Assembly (NCBI GenBank): GCA_016710785.1
Contig: JADJUE010000006.1
Coordinates: forward strand, 9,841 to 73,840
Direction: 5' to 3'
Source of the DNA: Candidatus Epilinea brevis
Lineage (GTDB): Bacteria > Chloroflexota > Anaerolineae > Epilineales > Epilineaceae
Length of the DNA stretch: 64,000 nucleotides
The notes under the pieces: model-generated
What the model was told of the DNA's origin: nothing
Databases searched by the model: none
Seen by the model: only the letters and a program-made list of their open reading frames with translations
In this document: in pieces, positions 47,128 through 57,280 of the stretch
Layout of the letters: each line of letters starts with the position of its first letter
How positions within the stretch are numbered: position 1 is the stretch's first letter
Made by a program: the position numbers and the translations under genes

Positions 47128-48102
47128 ATGCGATTCCCCCATTCCGCCCTGCCGCTCTGCGTCGGTTTCCTGCTTGCGGGCTGCGCGCTCGTGGCGCGGC
47201 CGCACGCACGCGGCAACAGCGCGCTGCAGGCGGGCGACTACCCGGCGGCCATCGAGGCTTTCAGCGAGGCCATCGAAGCGGGTGACGCCGTCCTGATCGC
47301 GCATATCAACCGCGGGATCGCCTATGAGGCCAGCGGGCAGTCGCAGAAGGCCGTCACGGATTACGACGCCGCGTTGGCCATGACCGATCCCGCGCCCACC
47401 GACACGCAGCGGGCCGAGATCTTGAACAATCGCGGCGTGGCCTACATGGGCATGGACAAGCATCAGGATGATGCGCTTGAGGATCTCAGCGAGGCCATCG
47501 AGTTGCGCCCGGATTACGCCGAGGCCTATGCCAATCGTGGGCGCATCTACGTGGACCGCGAGTCCTATCAGGAGGCCATCGCGGACTTCGACAAGGCCAT
47601 CGAGTTGAGCCCCGAGTTGACCCAGGCCTATGGCAACCGTGGCCTGGCCTACCAGAACCTGGGTGATGACGAGAACGCCACCCGGGACTACAGCAAGGCG
47701 ATCGATCTCAGCCAGGACCCGCAGGCCCTCTGGAACCGGGGGATGCTGCGCTATGCCTTGGGCTGCTTCAACCTGGCCTATGAGGACTTCTCCGCCATCC
47801 TGGAGCGGGCGGACCCCAATGACCCGCTCTACTTCCAGGCCGAGAGTCAGAAGTTGTTCCTGGATGGTCGCCCCAAGGTGGAGACCACCTGCCGCGGCAT
47901 CGAGGGCCAGCGCGACGGTGACCCGGTCGACGAGGACGCCACCGCCACGGCGGCGGCCCTTGGCGAGGGCATCGGCGACGAAGCCACGCCCGATGGCACG
48001 GAGGATCTCGGGACCCCCGGGACTCCCGAGGCACCGGAGGCTGGTGAGGACGGCGCGGCAGAGGATGCCGCCACCGCCACGGCGACGCCCGGCGGATTGT
48101 AG
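47128..48102 (+). CDS. TPR-repeat lipoprotein with acidic C-terminal tail
   Basis: 'CVGFLLAGCA' lipobox. Repeated 'AxxxYxxAIxxxP' TPR units. Confidence 0.7.
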   Translation: MRFPHSALPLCVGFLLAGCALVARPHARGNSALQAGDYPAAIEAFSEAIEAGDAVLIAHINRGIAYEASGQSQKAVTDYDAALAMTDPAPTDTQRAEILNNRGVAYMGMDKHQDDALEDLSEAIELRPDYAEAYANRGRIYVDRESYQEAIADFDKAIELSPELTQAYGNRGLAYQNLGDDENATRDYSKAIDLSQDPQALWNRGMLRYALGCFNLAYEDFSAILERADPNDPLYFQAESQKLFLDGRPKVETTCRGIEGQRDGDPVDEDATATAAALGEGIGDEATPDGTEDLGTPGTPEAPEAGEDGAAEDAATATATPGGL

Positions 48103-48162
48103 GGGAGTTCGCGGCCGCCCCTGATCGGAACGGCGTCGTTGGATCGGTGATCGGAGCGGTGC

Positions 48163-49440
48163 TCAGTCCGCCGCGGCGGAGGAGGTGGGCTGAGCGTGGT
48201 GCTGCGGCGACCAGGGCCGCGACATGGCGCGGCGCTCATGGAGGGGAGCGGCGGGGTCCAGGACCTGGCCTTGCTGCACCGCTGCCTCGCCATAGCGCGC
48301 CTGGATGCGCTGCAAGGTGGTCTCGATGCGCTCCTGGGCGCTTTCCTCCTGGCGGAAGAGGTTGAGCTGGCGGGCGGTGGTGGGACAGAGGCCCTGGGCG
48401 GTCAGGCTCAGGCGCTCTACGGGCGTGCGGCAGCCGGCTTGATGCAGCAGCGCGACGGCCTGCGTGGTCAGGGCGTTGGCGCCAGCCAGGGGCGTCAGGA
48501 GCCGGCGCTCCAGGACCAGCGGCTGGCCCCGTTCCAGGTCTATCTGCAGGCGAAGCCGGCCGGCCATCTGGAACTGCCGCGCGAGAGGCCCGGCCAGCCG
48601 GGCCGCCAGCCGGCCGATATGATGTTCCAGGCTGCGATGGTTGGCGATGGGTTCCGGGAAGGCGTGCACGGCCTCCAGCAGGGGCTCTTGGGTCCATGGG
48701 CGCACGCGAGGGTCGTCCTCTCCGTGCGCCAGGCGCCAGGCACGCAGGCCGGCATGGCCGAAACGAGGCAGGATGCCGCCTTGCGGCAGGTCGGCATACT
48801 GATGCACCTTGATGATGCCCAACTCCCGCAAGGCGGTCAGCGTGCGGGTGGCCAGGGGGAGGTAATGGGTGGGAAGCCCGCCCAGGAACAGGACTTCCTT
48901 GCCCGGAGGCAGGACCATGCTGCCGCGTTCCCCCAGGTAGCGGGTGAGGATGCGGCTGGTCAGTTTGCCTGCCGCGAGGCCCACGCGGGCATCCAGGTCG
49001 GTGGCCTGGCGGACGGCGGCCAGCACGGCGTTCGCCAGGGTCTGCTCCGAGCCGCCGCGGGGGACGAGCCCCGCGGTGCCCAGCCAGCCCTGGGCGAGGT
49101 CGGCCGGTTCCACGGCGGGGCTGATGTCGTTGAGGGCGGCCAGCAGGGCCTGGAAGACCGTGGCGTAGACCTCTGGCCGGGCGGGAAGGACCTCCAGGCC
49201 GGGGCAGAGCCGCCGGGCCTCCGTCACGGTCATGCCGGGCAGGACGCCGGCGAGGTGTGCGGTGTAGGAGCGATCCTGAACCCGGAAGCCGAGCGCCTCC
49301 GGCGTGGCGACGACCACGGGGCGACCCATGCGCCGAAGGTCCTCGCGCTCCGCCAGGGCTACCGGCACATGGGGCAACCAGGCGCATACGACGCGGGGGA
49401 GCGCAGGAGCTGTCGGGGAGGGAGGGTGGGTGGAGGACAT
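48163..49440 (-). CDS. Y-family DNA polymerase-like protein, probably catalytically inactive ImuB-type
   Basis: 'VVCAWLPHVPVALAERE' resembles the ImuB/Y-family N-terminus. The canonical catalytic S(I/L)DE motif position reads 'AVEPADL'. Confidence 0.55.
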   Translation of the reverse strand: MSSTHPPSPTAPALPRVVCAWLPHVPVALAEREDLRRMGRPVVVATPEALGFRVQDRSYTAHLAGVLPGMTVTEARRLCPGLEVLPARPEVYATVFQALLAALNDISPAVEPADLAQGWLGTAGLVPRGGSEQTLANAVLAAVRQATDLDARVGLAAGKLTSRILTRYLGERGSMVLPPGKEVLFLGGLPTHYLPLATRTLTALRELGIIKVHQYADLPQGGILPRFGHAGLRAWRLAHGEDDPRVRPWTQEPLLEAVHAFPEPIANHRSLEHHIGRLAARLAGPLARQFQMAGRLRLQIDLERGQPLVLERRLLTPLAGANALTTQAVALLHQAGCRTPVERLSLTAQGLCPTTARQLNLFRQEESAQERIETTLQRIQARYGEAAVQQGQVLDPAAPLHERRAMSRPWSPQHHAQPTSSAAAD

Positions 49441-49524
49441 GGTCGAGCCTGGCGCCGATTGTATAGAACGCCTGTTCGATTGTCAAGCGTCCGCTCGATG
49501 CTGTAGCCGGCGGACGAGCGCGCT

Positions 49525-51006
49525 TCAGGCGGACGGCGCATCCTGGTTGACCCAGCGTGTCACCCCCGCGAACATGGCCACCAGCCCGTAGAACAGCAGG
49601 ATCAGGCTCAGGGCCAGGGCCGAGCCCAGAGCGCCCACCGGGGGGCCTTCCCCGCCCCCGCCCACCTGCATGCTGGCGATCATGGCGCCCAGGGCCAGAC
49701 TGTTCCAAAGGCCATGGCCCAGCACCGCCACGGCCGCGAGCCCCAGCCCCATCCGCGTCCGCCCCTCCACCGCGCCCAGCCGCCAGCCCAGCGCGGCCAC
49801 GCCCCCGAAAGCGGCGTGCATGACTGTGGTGCAGGCTCTCACGGCCACGGCGGCCACCCAGGGTAGGGGGCTGAAGACCATGGCGCTGTAGAAGATGGCC
49901 TCGAAGGCCCCGAAACCGGCGCCGGCGCAGACGCCCCGCCGCCAGGCACGCCGCCGGGCCTCCGCCGCGTCGAGCTGCGGCAACTCGCTCCGCTGCGCCA
50001 GGATCGGCCCCAGCAGCTTGGCCAGCTCCTCGGTGAACGGCGCCAGGGCACCCATCAGCATGAAGGCGGCCAGCACGAAGAGCGGTTGATCCAGAATGCT
50101 GCTGATCAGCTCCACCTGCAGCGCCGGATCCGGCGCCGCGCCCGCTGCCGGCTGCAGCTTCTCCAACATCTCGCCCAGCACCGCCGAGTCCCCCAGCAAG
50201 GCCACCACCAGTACCAGCAGCAGCAAGGCCAGCACCGATTCCACCACCATGGCCAGCAAGGTGGCCGCGCAGCCACCCCAGGCGATGCCGGTGGCCACGG
50301 ACTGCCAGGTGACGACCGGGTCTGACGAGGGCTGCGAGGTGGGGCGAGGCGGGGCGGGCGGGGCGAGTGGGGCGGACGGCTGGGGCGGCTGGGACGGATG
50401 GGACCCATAGGACCCATAGGACGGATAGGTTACAGAGGACTCAAGAGATACCGGGGACTCAAGAGATACCGAGGGCTCGGGCGATACCACGGCATGCGCG
50501 GGCCGGTCATCGTCATCGAGGAACGCAGCGCTCGCGGGCGCATCGATCCCCTGGGTTCCATTCGTCCCATCGGCATCATGGGGATCAGGGTAACCGACGG
50601 ATTGCGCCACGGCGCTTGCGCGTCCCGGCCTGCCTCGCCTTCCCATCGCCAGCCCCACCGCCATCAACGCCGGCAGCAAGGCCGCCCCCACATGCAGGAG
50701 CGGCATCAACAGCGCCGTGAGCAAGGGCTGGGCCGCGCTCATCACCAACGCGCCCAGGCCCAGCGCGAGCAGGAACCGCAGCAGACCGCGACCCGGCGTC
50801 AGGACGAAGGGCCGTGAGCCCCCGCCCCGAAGGCTCGCACCCAGGAACCAGGTGAAGAGCGTCAAGGCCCCGCAGACCACGGCAAAGACCTCGAGGCCCG
50901 GGGTGGGCGCCAGGAGGAGCGCGGCCAGAAACGCCAGGTAGACCAGGCCCAGCAGGCTGCCGACCAAGAGCAGCAGACCAGCCGCCCAACCCTTGGCGCC
51001 GTTCAT
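49525..51006 (-). CDS. PrsW-family intramembrane metalloprotease
   Basis: 'FTEELAKL' (EExxK), 'FGAFEAIFY' and 'HGLWNSL' motifs across TM helices. Long low-complexity cytoplasmic insert. Confidence 0.7.
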   Translation of the reverse strand: MNGAKGWAAGLLLLVGSLLGLVYLAFLAALLLAPTPGLEVFAVVCGALTLFTWFLGASLRGGGSRPFVLTPGRGLLRFLLALGLGALVMSAAQPLLTALLMPLLHVGAALLPALMAVGLAMGRRGRPGRASAVAQSVGYPDPHDADGTNGTQGIDAPASAAFLDDDDRPAHAVVSPEPSVSLESPVSLESSVTYPSYGSYGSHPSQPPQPSAPLAPPAPPRPTSQPSSDPVVTWQSVATGIAWGGCAATLLAMVVESVLALLLLVLVVALLGDSAVLGEMLEKLQPAAGAAPDPALQVELISSILDQPLFVLAAFMLMGALAPFTEELAKLLGPILAQRSELPQLDAAEARRRAWRRGVCAGAGFGAFEAIFYSAMVFSPLPWVAAVAVRACTTVMHAAFGGVAALGWRLGAVEGRTRMGLGLAAVAVLGHGLWNSLALGAMIASMQVGGGGEGPPVGALGSALALSLILLFYGLVAMFAGVTRWVNQDAPSA

Positions 51007-51046
51007 CGGTATCGCATGGGTCGGGCGGGGACCCCTCGGGAACCGC

Positions 51047-54000
51047 TCACCGCGTGGTGGTGGCCGGGACGAAGGACCAGATCAACTGGTAGGGAGCCTC
51101 GACCTCGCGGCCCTGAGCCCAGACGCGGATCCAGTAGCGACCGGCCTCCTGCCGCGGCAGCAGGATGCTCTCGTCCATCGTCGCGCGGTTGCGGCTGGCC
51201 GCCAGGTAGGCCGGGTTGTTGGGGTCCACGTAGATGAAGAGGTCGTAGTCGCCCTTGCCCTTGCGTGGAACCACCAGATCGACGCGCAGGTTGCCGCGCT
51301 GCCGGGGGGTCACCAGGTACCAATCATCGTCGTCCGTGCCGCTGCCCGCGGCCCAGAGCCGTCCGTTATAGCCCATGTCCGGGCAGAGAATCCGATCCTC
51401 GCGCTCCAGGTTGGGCGCGTCGGGCTCTGGATCATCGATGCCGGTCCAAGGCGGTTCGCAGAGCACATACTTGTCGATGACGATGAGCGGCAGGTAGGCC
51501 GGGGCCGGGGTCCGCGTCGGCGTGGGGGTGTAGGTGGGCGTGGCTGTGGGGGTAGGCGTGTCGGTGGGCGTCGCCGTAGGCGTATCGGTCGGCGTCGGGG
51601 TAGGGGTGTCGGTGGGCGTTGCCGTCGGCGTCGGAGTGGGCGTCGGGGTGTCCGTCGGCGGCGGCAGCTGCGGGGTCACGGTAGGCCCCGAGTTCTTGTC
51701 CGCCCGGAAGCTCCAGGCGTAGCTGGTCCCGTCGACCGTCAGGCTGACCGCGTAGCTGCGCCCGAATTTCAGCGGCTCGATGGGGATCAGGACCACCGCG
51801 TCGCGGGTGGCCAGGATGTCGCGGCCCAAGGCCTGCAACCCCGAATCCGGGTTGACATAGGTGTCCTCGGTGAACACGCAGTGGGCCGCGGCGCGGTCGT
51901 TGGCCGTCAAGGAAGCGGCCGTCACCTGCGGTCGGCGGGAGCCGTCACCCAGCAGCAGGACCACCGCCGGACCGCTGGCTGCGCCGGCGGAGGCCCCCGG
52001 GCAGCCGGTCAAGGGGTTGGGGCTGGCGCTGCCGGCGGTCCACAGGTAGCGGACCACCTCCACCAGCTGGTTGGGCGCCGGGTAGCGAACGGGATAGCGG
52101 GCACCCAGAGGCAGCTGTGCCTGGCGGCCACGCTCCACGTCCAGGACGGCGGCGAAGGGCCGCGCCGCATCGGTCTGGGCGAAGCTGCCGAAGCCCACCG
52201 CCGTCAGCCGCGGGTCCATCAGCCGCACCACGTCGAAGGCGTTGGCCGTCCATTCATCGATCGCCGATTCGGGTGACCGGTCGGCCTTCGTGTCGGCCAG
52301 CACCAGCGCACCCCGCCCCGCCGCCGCGCCCTCCTCGCTGAAGTAGGGGCTGGCGGGATCCTCGTCACGCACGACCAGGCCGCTGAGAACCACGTAGCGC
52401 GCATGGGCGGCGGCGCCGGCGCTCCAAGGCGCGGCGTCGTTGAGCCCGAACAGGCCCGCCAGGCTGCGGAAGACGTTGAGCCGCTCCTGCCAGGCCGGGC
52501 CGGTATCCGCCGGAGCCGCCGGCGCCAGGGGCCGATCGGGCGCGCCGCCGACCGTGCCACTGTCGAAACGGACGGTCCAGATAGGCGCGGCGAGGCCGCG
52601 GACGCGCCGCGCGCCAGCCAGCCGCGCGGCCCCGGGAGCCTGCCAATGGCTGTCCGGCTTGGGCGGGGCGGGCTTGGGCGTGGGCGGCTCTTCCTTGGGC
52701 TCCTCCGTAGGCGGCTCGGGCTTGGGCTCCTGGGTGGGCGGCTCCGGCGGGCGGGGCTTTGCCGGCTTGTCATCCTCCGGGTCCGGCGGCGGGGCCGTCG
52801 GCGCCTCGGTGGGGAGTTCCGCCGTCGGCGGCGCCAGGGAAGGAACGACCGTGGGGATGGCCGGGCGGAAGAAGCGCGTGGGCGTCGCCGGGTTCGGCCC
52901 CAGGCTCACGGCGATCTGTACCAGCTGGCCCGGCTCCATCGTCTCCCCGCTCGCCGGGTTCTGGCTGATGACGACGCTGGGGTCGACGGTGCCGGAGTAC
53001 TGGCGGACCAGGGAGAGCTGCAGATCGTTGGCCCGGATGACCTGCTCGGCGTCCGACTGCGACAGGCCGACCACGTTGGGTACGGTGACCCGGGCCGGCG
53101 TCGTGGGGGTGGGGCTGGCCGCCGAGGTGGCGGTAGGGCTGGCCGGGGCGATGACCGCGGCCACGGGCGCCAAGGTGGGCGGCGGCGCGGCGGCCACCTG
53201 CGTCGGCGCCGCGCGCTCTGCCGCTGAGCGCGAAAGGGCGCGGGCCATCGTGGGCCAGAAGACCAGCAGGCCGGCCAAGGTCAGCACCGTGCCGGCGCCG
53301 ATGGCCACGGTCGGCCACGAGACCTGCGGCATCTCGAAGCTGGGCATGACGGGCGGGCTGACCGGCGTGGCCACGGGCAGCTCGTAGGGGGCCACGACCA
53401 TGGCCGTCGCGTCATCGTCGGCTCCGCCGCCGCGGGCAAGGGCGATGAGCCGCGCCGCGGCCGCCACGGCAGGCTGGCTCACCACCAACGGGCCGATCTC
53501 CGCTTCGCGCAGGGCCTGGAAACACCCGTCGGTGGTCAGCACGATGCGATCGCCGCCGCCCAGGGGGATGGGGTCGCTGCAGACTGGCCGAGGCAAGGGC
53601 CCGCGGCCCAGCAGGGCCGCCGCGTCGCTGGGATCGTCGGTCAGGCGATAGGCCTGCCCGGCCCGCACCAGATGAACTCGCGCCCGCTGGCCGACATGCC
53701 CCACGATCAGGGTGTCGTTGCACAGGACGGTTGCCGCGGCGCAGACACCGCCGGCGCTCCCTTCCTGCTCCGCCGCCTCGCGCAGCGCCCGGTCAGCGGC
53801 GCCGAAGGCCAGCGCCAACGCGTCCGGGCGACCGTGATCGCGCGCCGCCGCGTAGTAGGCGCGGACGATCTGACGCACGGTTCGCTCCGCCGCGCGGGCC
53901 CCGGCCTCACCGGCGGCCCGGCCGTCCGCAACCACGTAGATGCTGCCGGCCAGTTCGGCGAGCTGGGGGTCGTCCGGCCGGTAGAAGGCCAGCTTGTCGC

Positions 54001-54061
54001 GGTTGGTGCCGGTGACGGGGCCGCCTTCGGTGGCATAGCCCAGGGTAGGATCGCTTGCCAT
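51047..54061 (-). CDS. Receptor-like PP2C-family Ser/Thr phosphatase: cytoplasmic PP2C domain, TM helix, extracellular PASTA domain, Pro-rich linker, unknown domain, PT linker, C-terminal PPC (pre-peptidase C-terminal) domain
   Basis: 'SIYVVADGRAAGEAG...GGVCAAATV...DRIVLTTDG' are PP2C metal-binding blocks. 'VTVPNVVGLSQSDAEQVIRANDLQL...ISQNPASGETMEPGQLVQIAVSLG' is PASTA. C-terminal 'DDDDWYLV...GDYDLFIY' is PPC-like. Confidence 0.8.
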   Translation of the reverse strand: MASDPTLGYATEGGPVTGTNRDKLAFYRPDDPQLAELAGSIYVVADGRAAGEAGARAAERTVRQIVRAYYAAARDHGRPDALALAFGAADRALREAAEQEGSAGGVCAAATVLCNDTLIVGHVGQRARVHLVRAGQAYRLTDDPSDAAALLGRGPLPRPVCSDPIPLGGGDRIVLTTDGCFQALREAEIGPLVVSQPAVAAAARLIALARGGGADDDATAMVVAPYELPVATPVSPPVMPSFEMPQVSWPTVAIGAGTVLTLAGLLVFWPTMARALSRSAAERAAPTQVAAAPPPTLAPVAAVIAPASPTATSAASPTPTTPARVTVPNVVGLSQSDAEQVIRANDLQLSLVRQYSGTVDPSVVISQNPASGETMEPGQLVQIAVSLGPNPATPTRFFRPAIPTVVPSLAPPTAELPTEAPTAPPPDPEDDKPAKPRPPEPPTQEPKPEPPTEEPKEEPPTPKPAPPKPDSHWQAPGAARLAGARRVRGLAAPIWTVRFDSGTVGGAPDRPLAPAAPADTGPAWQERLNVFRSLAGLFGLNDAAPWSAGAAAHARYVVLSGLVVRDEDPASPYFSEEGAAAGRGALVLADTKADRSPESAIDEWTANAFDVVRLMDPRLTAVGFGSFAQTDAARPFAAVLDVERGRQAQLPLGARYPVRYPAPNQLVEVVRYLWTAGSASPNPLTGCPGASAGAASGPAVVLLLGDGSRRPQVTAASLTANDRAAAHCVFTEDTYVNPDSGLQALGRDILATRDAVVLIPIEPLKFGRSYAVSLTVDGTSYAWSFRADKNSGPTVTPQLPPPTDTPTPTPTPTATPTDTPTPTPTDTPTATPTDTPTPTATPTYTPTPTRTPAPAYLPLIVIDKYVLCEPPWTGIDDPEPDAPNLEREDRILCPDMGYNGRLWAAGSGTDDDDWYLVTPRQRGNLRVDLVVPRKGKGDYDLFIYVDPNNPAYLAASRNRATMDESILLPRQEAGRYWIRVWAQGREVEAPYQLIWSFVPATTTR

Positions 54062-54374
54062 GCTCAAGGGGTGTCGGTTCCTTGGATCGGGCCGGCGCCT
54101 GGCCCCGTATGACGGTGCCGGCGCACGGCGGCAGGCCTCGCGGGCCTGGGGGATGTGGCGTGCTGTCAGTGTAGATGATAGCCGCTTGCCGCGTCAAGGG
54201 TTGCGCTGCGCCCACGGACGGCTATGATAAACCACTGGCGGGAGGGCGTTCTGGCTTCTCCTGCGTCCATAACAAACCGTCGCGGAGTCTTGGCGACCGG
54301 CGGGGCGGCTTTCGAGGAGGCGCCCCGCATTGATCGGAACCGTCAACGGCTCCTGGGTGGAGGAGAAGCCCCAC

Positions 54375-54650
54375 TTGGCCAAGGAAGAAGCAAAACTGGA
54401 GCTGGAGGGCATCGTCATCGAGGCGTTGCCCAACACGATGTTCAAGGTGCGCCTGGAGAACGGTCACGAGGTTCTGGCCTACCTTTCCGGACGGATGAAG
54501 AAGTTCTACATCAAGGTCCTCTTGGGTGACCGGGTCAATGTGGAGGTTTCGCCCTACGACCTGACGCGCGGGCGCGTGACCTACCGCCACAAGGCTCGGA
54601 CCCGCGCCGAGGAGGCCGAGGCCGCGGCCGCGGCTGCGGCGAAGTCATGA
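54375..54650 (+). CDS. infA: Translation initiation factor IF-1 with unusual Ala-rich C-terminal extension
   Basis: '[66 protein letters not shown]' is canonical IF-1. TTG start 54375 with GGAGGA 8 nt upstream. Tail '[18 protein letters not shown]'. Confidence 0.85.
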   Translation: MAKEEAKLELEGIVIEALPNTMFKVRLENGHEVLAYLSGRMKKFYIKVLLGDRVNVEVSPYDLTRGRVTYRHKARTRAEEAEAAAAAAAKS

Positions 54651-55102
54651 CCTCACCCTGGGGAGAATCGCTTCCCAGGGGGTTGGTGGTCCTGGTCTTC
54701 CTGTCGTTCGTTGTGGGTCTGGTAGCCTGTCAGCGCCCCCGCCCCACCGCGAGCGGCAGTGGCGATGGCCGCGTCCTGACCGTCCCGGCCATCGTCGTCG
54801 CTGCGCCCGCCGCCGGGGCGGTGGTGGCCTCGCCGCTGACGGTGGCCGGAACCGCATCGCTGGACTCGGCCACCCAGACCCTGGTGGGCATGGTGTTCAG
54901 CGTGGATGAAACGGGAGAGCACTGGCGTGGCAACGCGAGCATCGCCGTGCAGCCCGATGGGCGCTTCGCGGGGAACATCGTCTACACCGCCGCCACCGCC
55001 GGCCCGGGCATCGTCCAACTCGCGGTGATCGATGGGGCGGCCGGTACCGTGATGGCCCGCCAGCGGGTGGACGTCCAGCTGGCTGCCGCGCCGGCTCCCT
55101 GA
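54647..55102 (+). CDS. Lipoprotein with Ig-like (Gmad2-type) domain
   Basis: '[16 protein letters not shown]' lipobox. ATGA overlap with infA. Weak domain recall. Confidence 0.55.
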   Translation: MTSPWGESLPRGLVVLVFLSFVVGLVACQRPRPTASGSGDGRVLTVPAIVVAAPAAGAVVASPLTVAGTASLDSATQTLVGMVFSVDETGEHWRGNASIAVQPDGRFAGNIVYTAATAGPGIVQLAVIDGAAGTVMARQRVDVQLAAAPAP

Positions 55103-56574
55103 TGCTGGCCGCAAGAGGCCTGGGGCGGCGTTTCGGACGCCGCTGGGCGCTCCGCGGCCTGGATCTGGACCTTCCGGCCGGCGGTATCACCGCCGTCGTC
55201 GGACCCAACGGCGCCGGCAAGACCACCTTGCTGCGGCTCCTGGCCGGCCTGGACCGGCCGCAGGAGGGGCAGGTCCTCCTGGGCGGACGTCCCGTCCTGG
55301 AGGGACGCGAGCGTCGCGGGGCCATCGGTCTGGTCACCCATCAGCCCCGCCTCTATCCCCAGCTGAGCCCCCTGGAATTGTTGCGCTTCCATGCGCAACT
55401 CCACGGCCTGCGGCCGCCGGCGTCGGAACTGGCGGTCCTCCTGGACGCCCAGGGACTGACGCCCTGGGCCCACCGCCCCGCGCGGACGCTCTCGCGCGGC
55501 CTGGCGCAACGGCTTGCCCTGTTGCGGGCCCTGCTGCCGGATCCCGCCGTCCTGCTGCTGGACGAGCCCTTCACCGGCTTGGACCCCGCCGCCGCCGCCG
55601 ACCTGACCGAGCGCCTGCTGGCGGCGCGCGCGGCCGGCCGGGCCATCCTGCTGACCACCCATGACCTTGAACGCCTGCCGGGCCTGGCCGACGCGCTGCT
55701 GGCCTTGCGCGGCGGCCGCGCGGTCTGGCGGGGTTCCATCGAGGGCTGGGATGCCGCCGCCCTGCGGTCGGCGTACCCGTCCTGGATCGCGGCGCCGGCG
55801 GCGATGGCGATGGCACCGGCGGCAGGCGAGCCGGCCGCCGCCGCGGCCATCGAGGCTCGCCCAGCGGCCCTGGCCACGACGCCGGCCCCCGGTTTCGGGC
55901 GCACGGTCCGGACCGTGGTCTGGAAGGACCTGCTGGTGGAGGTCCGCGGCCGCGAGGCCCTGCTGCCGGCCCTGGTCTTCGGGCTGGTGGTCACGGTGAT
56001 CTTCCAGTTCGGGCTCCCGCGCGGTCTGGACGGCCTGGCGGCCGGGGCGGCCGGGGCCCTGTGGGTGGCCATGCTCTTCGCCGCCGTGCTGGCCCAGGGA
56101 CGCGGCGTGGCGGCGGAACAGGAGGCCGGCGGTCTCCTGGGGCTGCGGGCGGCGCCGGTGGACCTGGGCGCGGTCTTCACGGCCAAGTGGCTGACCGCGT
56201 GGCTGACTTGCGCCGTCCTGCTGCTGGCCCTGCTGCCGGCCTTCGTCATCTGGCTGGGACTGCCGGTGGAGCGGGCGCCGGCCTTGGGCGCCATCGCCTT
56301 GCTGGGCCTGGCGGGCTGGTGCGCCGTCGGAACCCTGGTGGCGGCCCTGGGCGCCTCCAGCCGGGCCCGGGAGACCTTGCTGCCGCTCCTGGGCTTTCCG
56401 CTGGCGCTGCCGCTCCTCCTGCCCTGCGTCCAGGCCTCCAATCTGGTTCTTGAAGGCGCGCCCGCGAGCGCCTTGGCCCCCGCCCTGGTTCTCATCGGGG
56501 CCTTCGGGGTGATATTCTGGGTGCTCGGCCTCTGGCTCTACCCGCTGGTCCTGGAAGACGCCGGGGATTCCTGA
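55102..56574 (+). CDS. ccmA: Heme-exporter CcmA ATPase fused to CcmB permease
   Basis: Walker A 'GPNGAGKTT', 'LSRGLAQRLALLRAL', 'LLLDEPFTGLD'. C-terminal half has 6 TM helices with CcmB-like 'FTAKWL' pattern. Followed immediately by ccmC. Confidence 0.75.
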   Translation: MLAARGLGRRFGRRWALRGLDLDLPAGGITAVVGPNGAGKTTLLRLLAGLDRPQEGQVLLGGRPVLEGRERRGAIGLVTHQPRLYPQLSPLELLRFHAQLHGLRPPASELAVLLDAQGLTPWAHRPARTLSRGLAQRLALLRALLPDPAVLLLDEPFTGLDPAAAADLTERLLAARAAGRAILLTTHDLERLPGLADALLALRGGRAVWRGSIEGWDAAALRSAYPSWIAAPAAMAMAPAAGEPAAAAAIEARPAALATTPAPGFGRTVRTVVWKDLLVEVRGREALLPALVFGLVVTVIFQFGLPRGLDGLAAGAAGALWVAMLFAAVLAQGRGVAAEQEAGGLLGLRAAPVDLGAVFTAKWLTAWLTCAVLLLALLPAFVIWLGLPVERAPALGAIALLGLAGWCAVGTLVAALGASSRARETLLPLLGFPLALPLLLPCVQASNLVLEGAPASALAPALVLIGAFGVIFWVLGLWLYPLVLEDAGDS

Positions 56575-56602
56575 CGGGACCGCCACCACCGTGCGAGGGG
56601 TG

Positions 56603-57280
56603 ATGATGACAAGCGCCACATGGCGACGGACCGAACGCGGATTGGGTTGGCTGGCGCTCCTGCTGAGCGCGATGACCCTCGTCGCCGGCCTCTGGTTCTC
56701 ACCGTCGGAGCGGGTGCTCGGCCGCATGGTCGGCATCCTGTATGTGCATGCCGGCGCCGCCTGGACGACCTATCTGGCCGGCGGCGTCACCGCTATCGCG
56801 GCCCTGGCCTATCTGCGCAGCCGATCGGAGGCCTGGGACGGACTGGCCGTGGCCGGCGGCGAGGCCGGACTCTGGCTGGGCACCGTCACCTTGCTCACCG
56901 GCTCCTTGTGGGCCCGCGGCGCGCAGGGCTGGTGGTGGCGTTGGGACGACCCGCGGCTGGTCCTGACCCTCTTCCTCTGGTTTCTGTATGCCGGCTACCT
57001 GACCTTGCGGCAGTTCACCGAGGGCGAGCGCCGTGCCCGTCTGTCCGCCGTGCTGGCCCTGCTGGGCCTGCCGGTGATGGTGCTCAACCACTTCGCCCTC
57101 ACCCTGTGGCAGCCGCGATTCCATCCCGCGCCGGTCATCGGTCGTCCGGGCGGACCGGCCGCCAGCCCGCAGTTCCTGTGGCTCCTGGGCCTCTCCATGC
57201 TGGCCTACACCGTGCTCCTGGCCTGGATGCTGCTGGGTCGTGCGCGCCTCGAATCCCTGCGCAACGCGCTGGAGGCCTGA
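56603..57280 (+). CDS. ccmC: Heme exporter protein C
   Basis: WWD motif 'GSLWARGAQGWWWRWDDPRL'. 6 TM helices. Confidence 0.8.
   Translation: MMTSATWRRTERGLGWLALLLSAMTLVAGLWFSPSERVLGRMVGILYVHAGAAWTTYLAGGVTAIAALAYLRSRSEAWDGLAVAGGEAGLWLGTVTLLTGSLWARGAQGWWWRWDDPRLVLTLFLWFLYAGYLTLRQFTEGERRARLSAVLALLGLPVMVLNHFALTLWQPRFHPAPVIGRPGGPAASPQFLWLLGLSMLAYTVLLAWMLLGRARLESLRNALEA

Noticed and set aside
51480-51680. Apparent short tandem nucleotide repeats (GGCGTCGG/GGTGTCGG units) that could be mistaken for a CRISPR or VNTR locus
   Set aside because: They are in-frame codons of the Pro/Thr-rich linker (TPTPTATPTDTP…) inside the PP2C-PASTA gene, with no spacer-repeat architecture.
56591-56602. GTG at 56591 as ccmC start (supplied ORF start)
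   Set aside because: A GAGGGG RBS sits at 56595-56600, so the ATG at 56603/56606 is the more plausible start. The upstream GTG would place the RBS inside the coding region.
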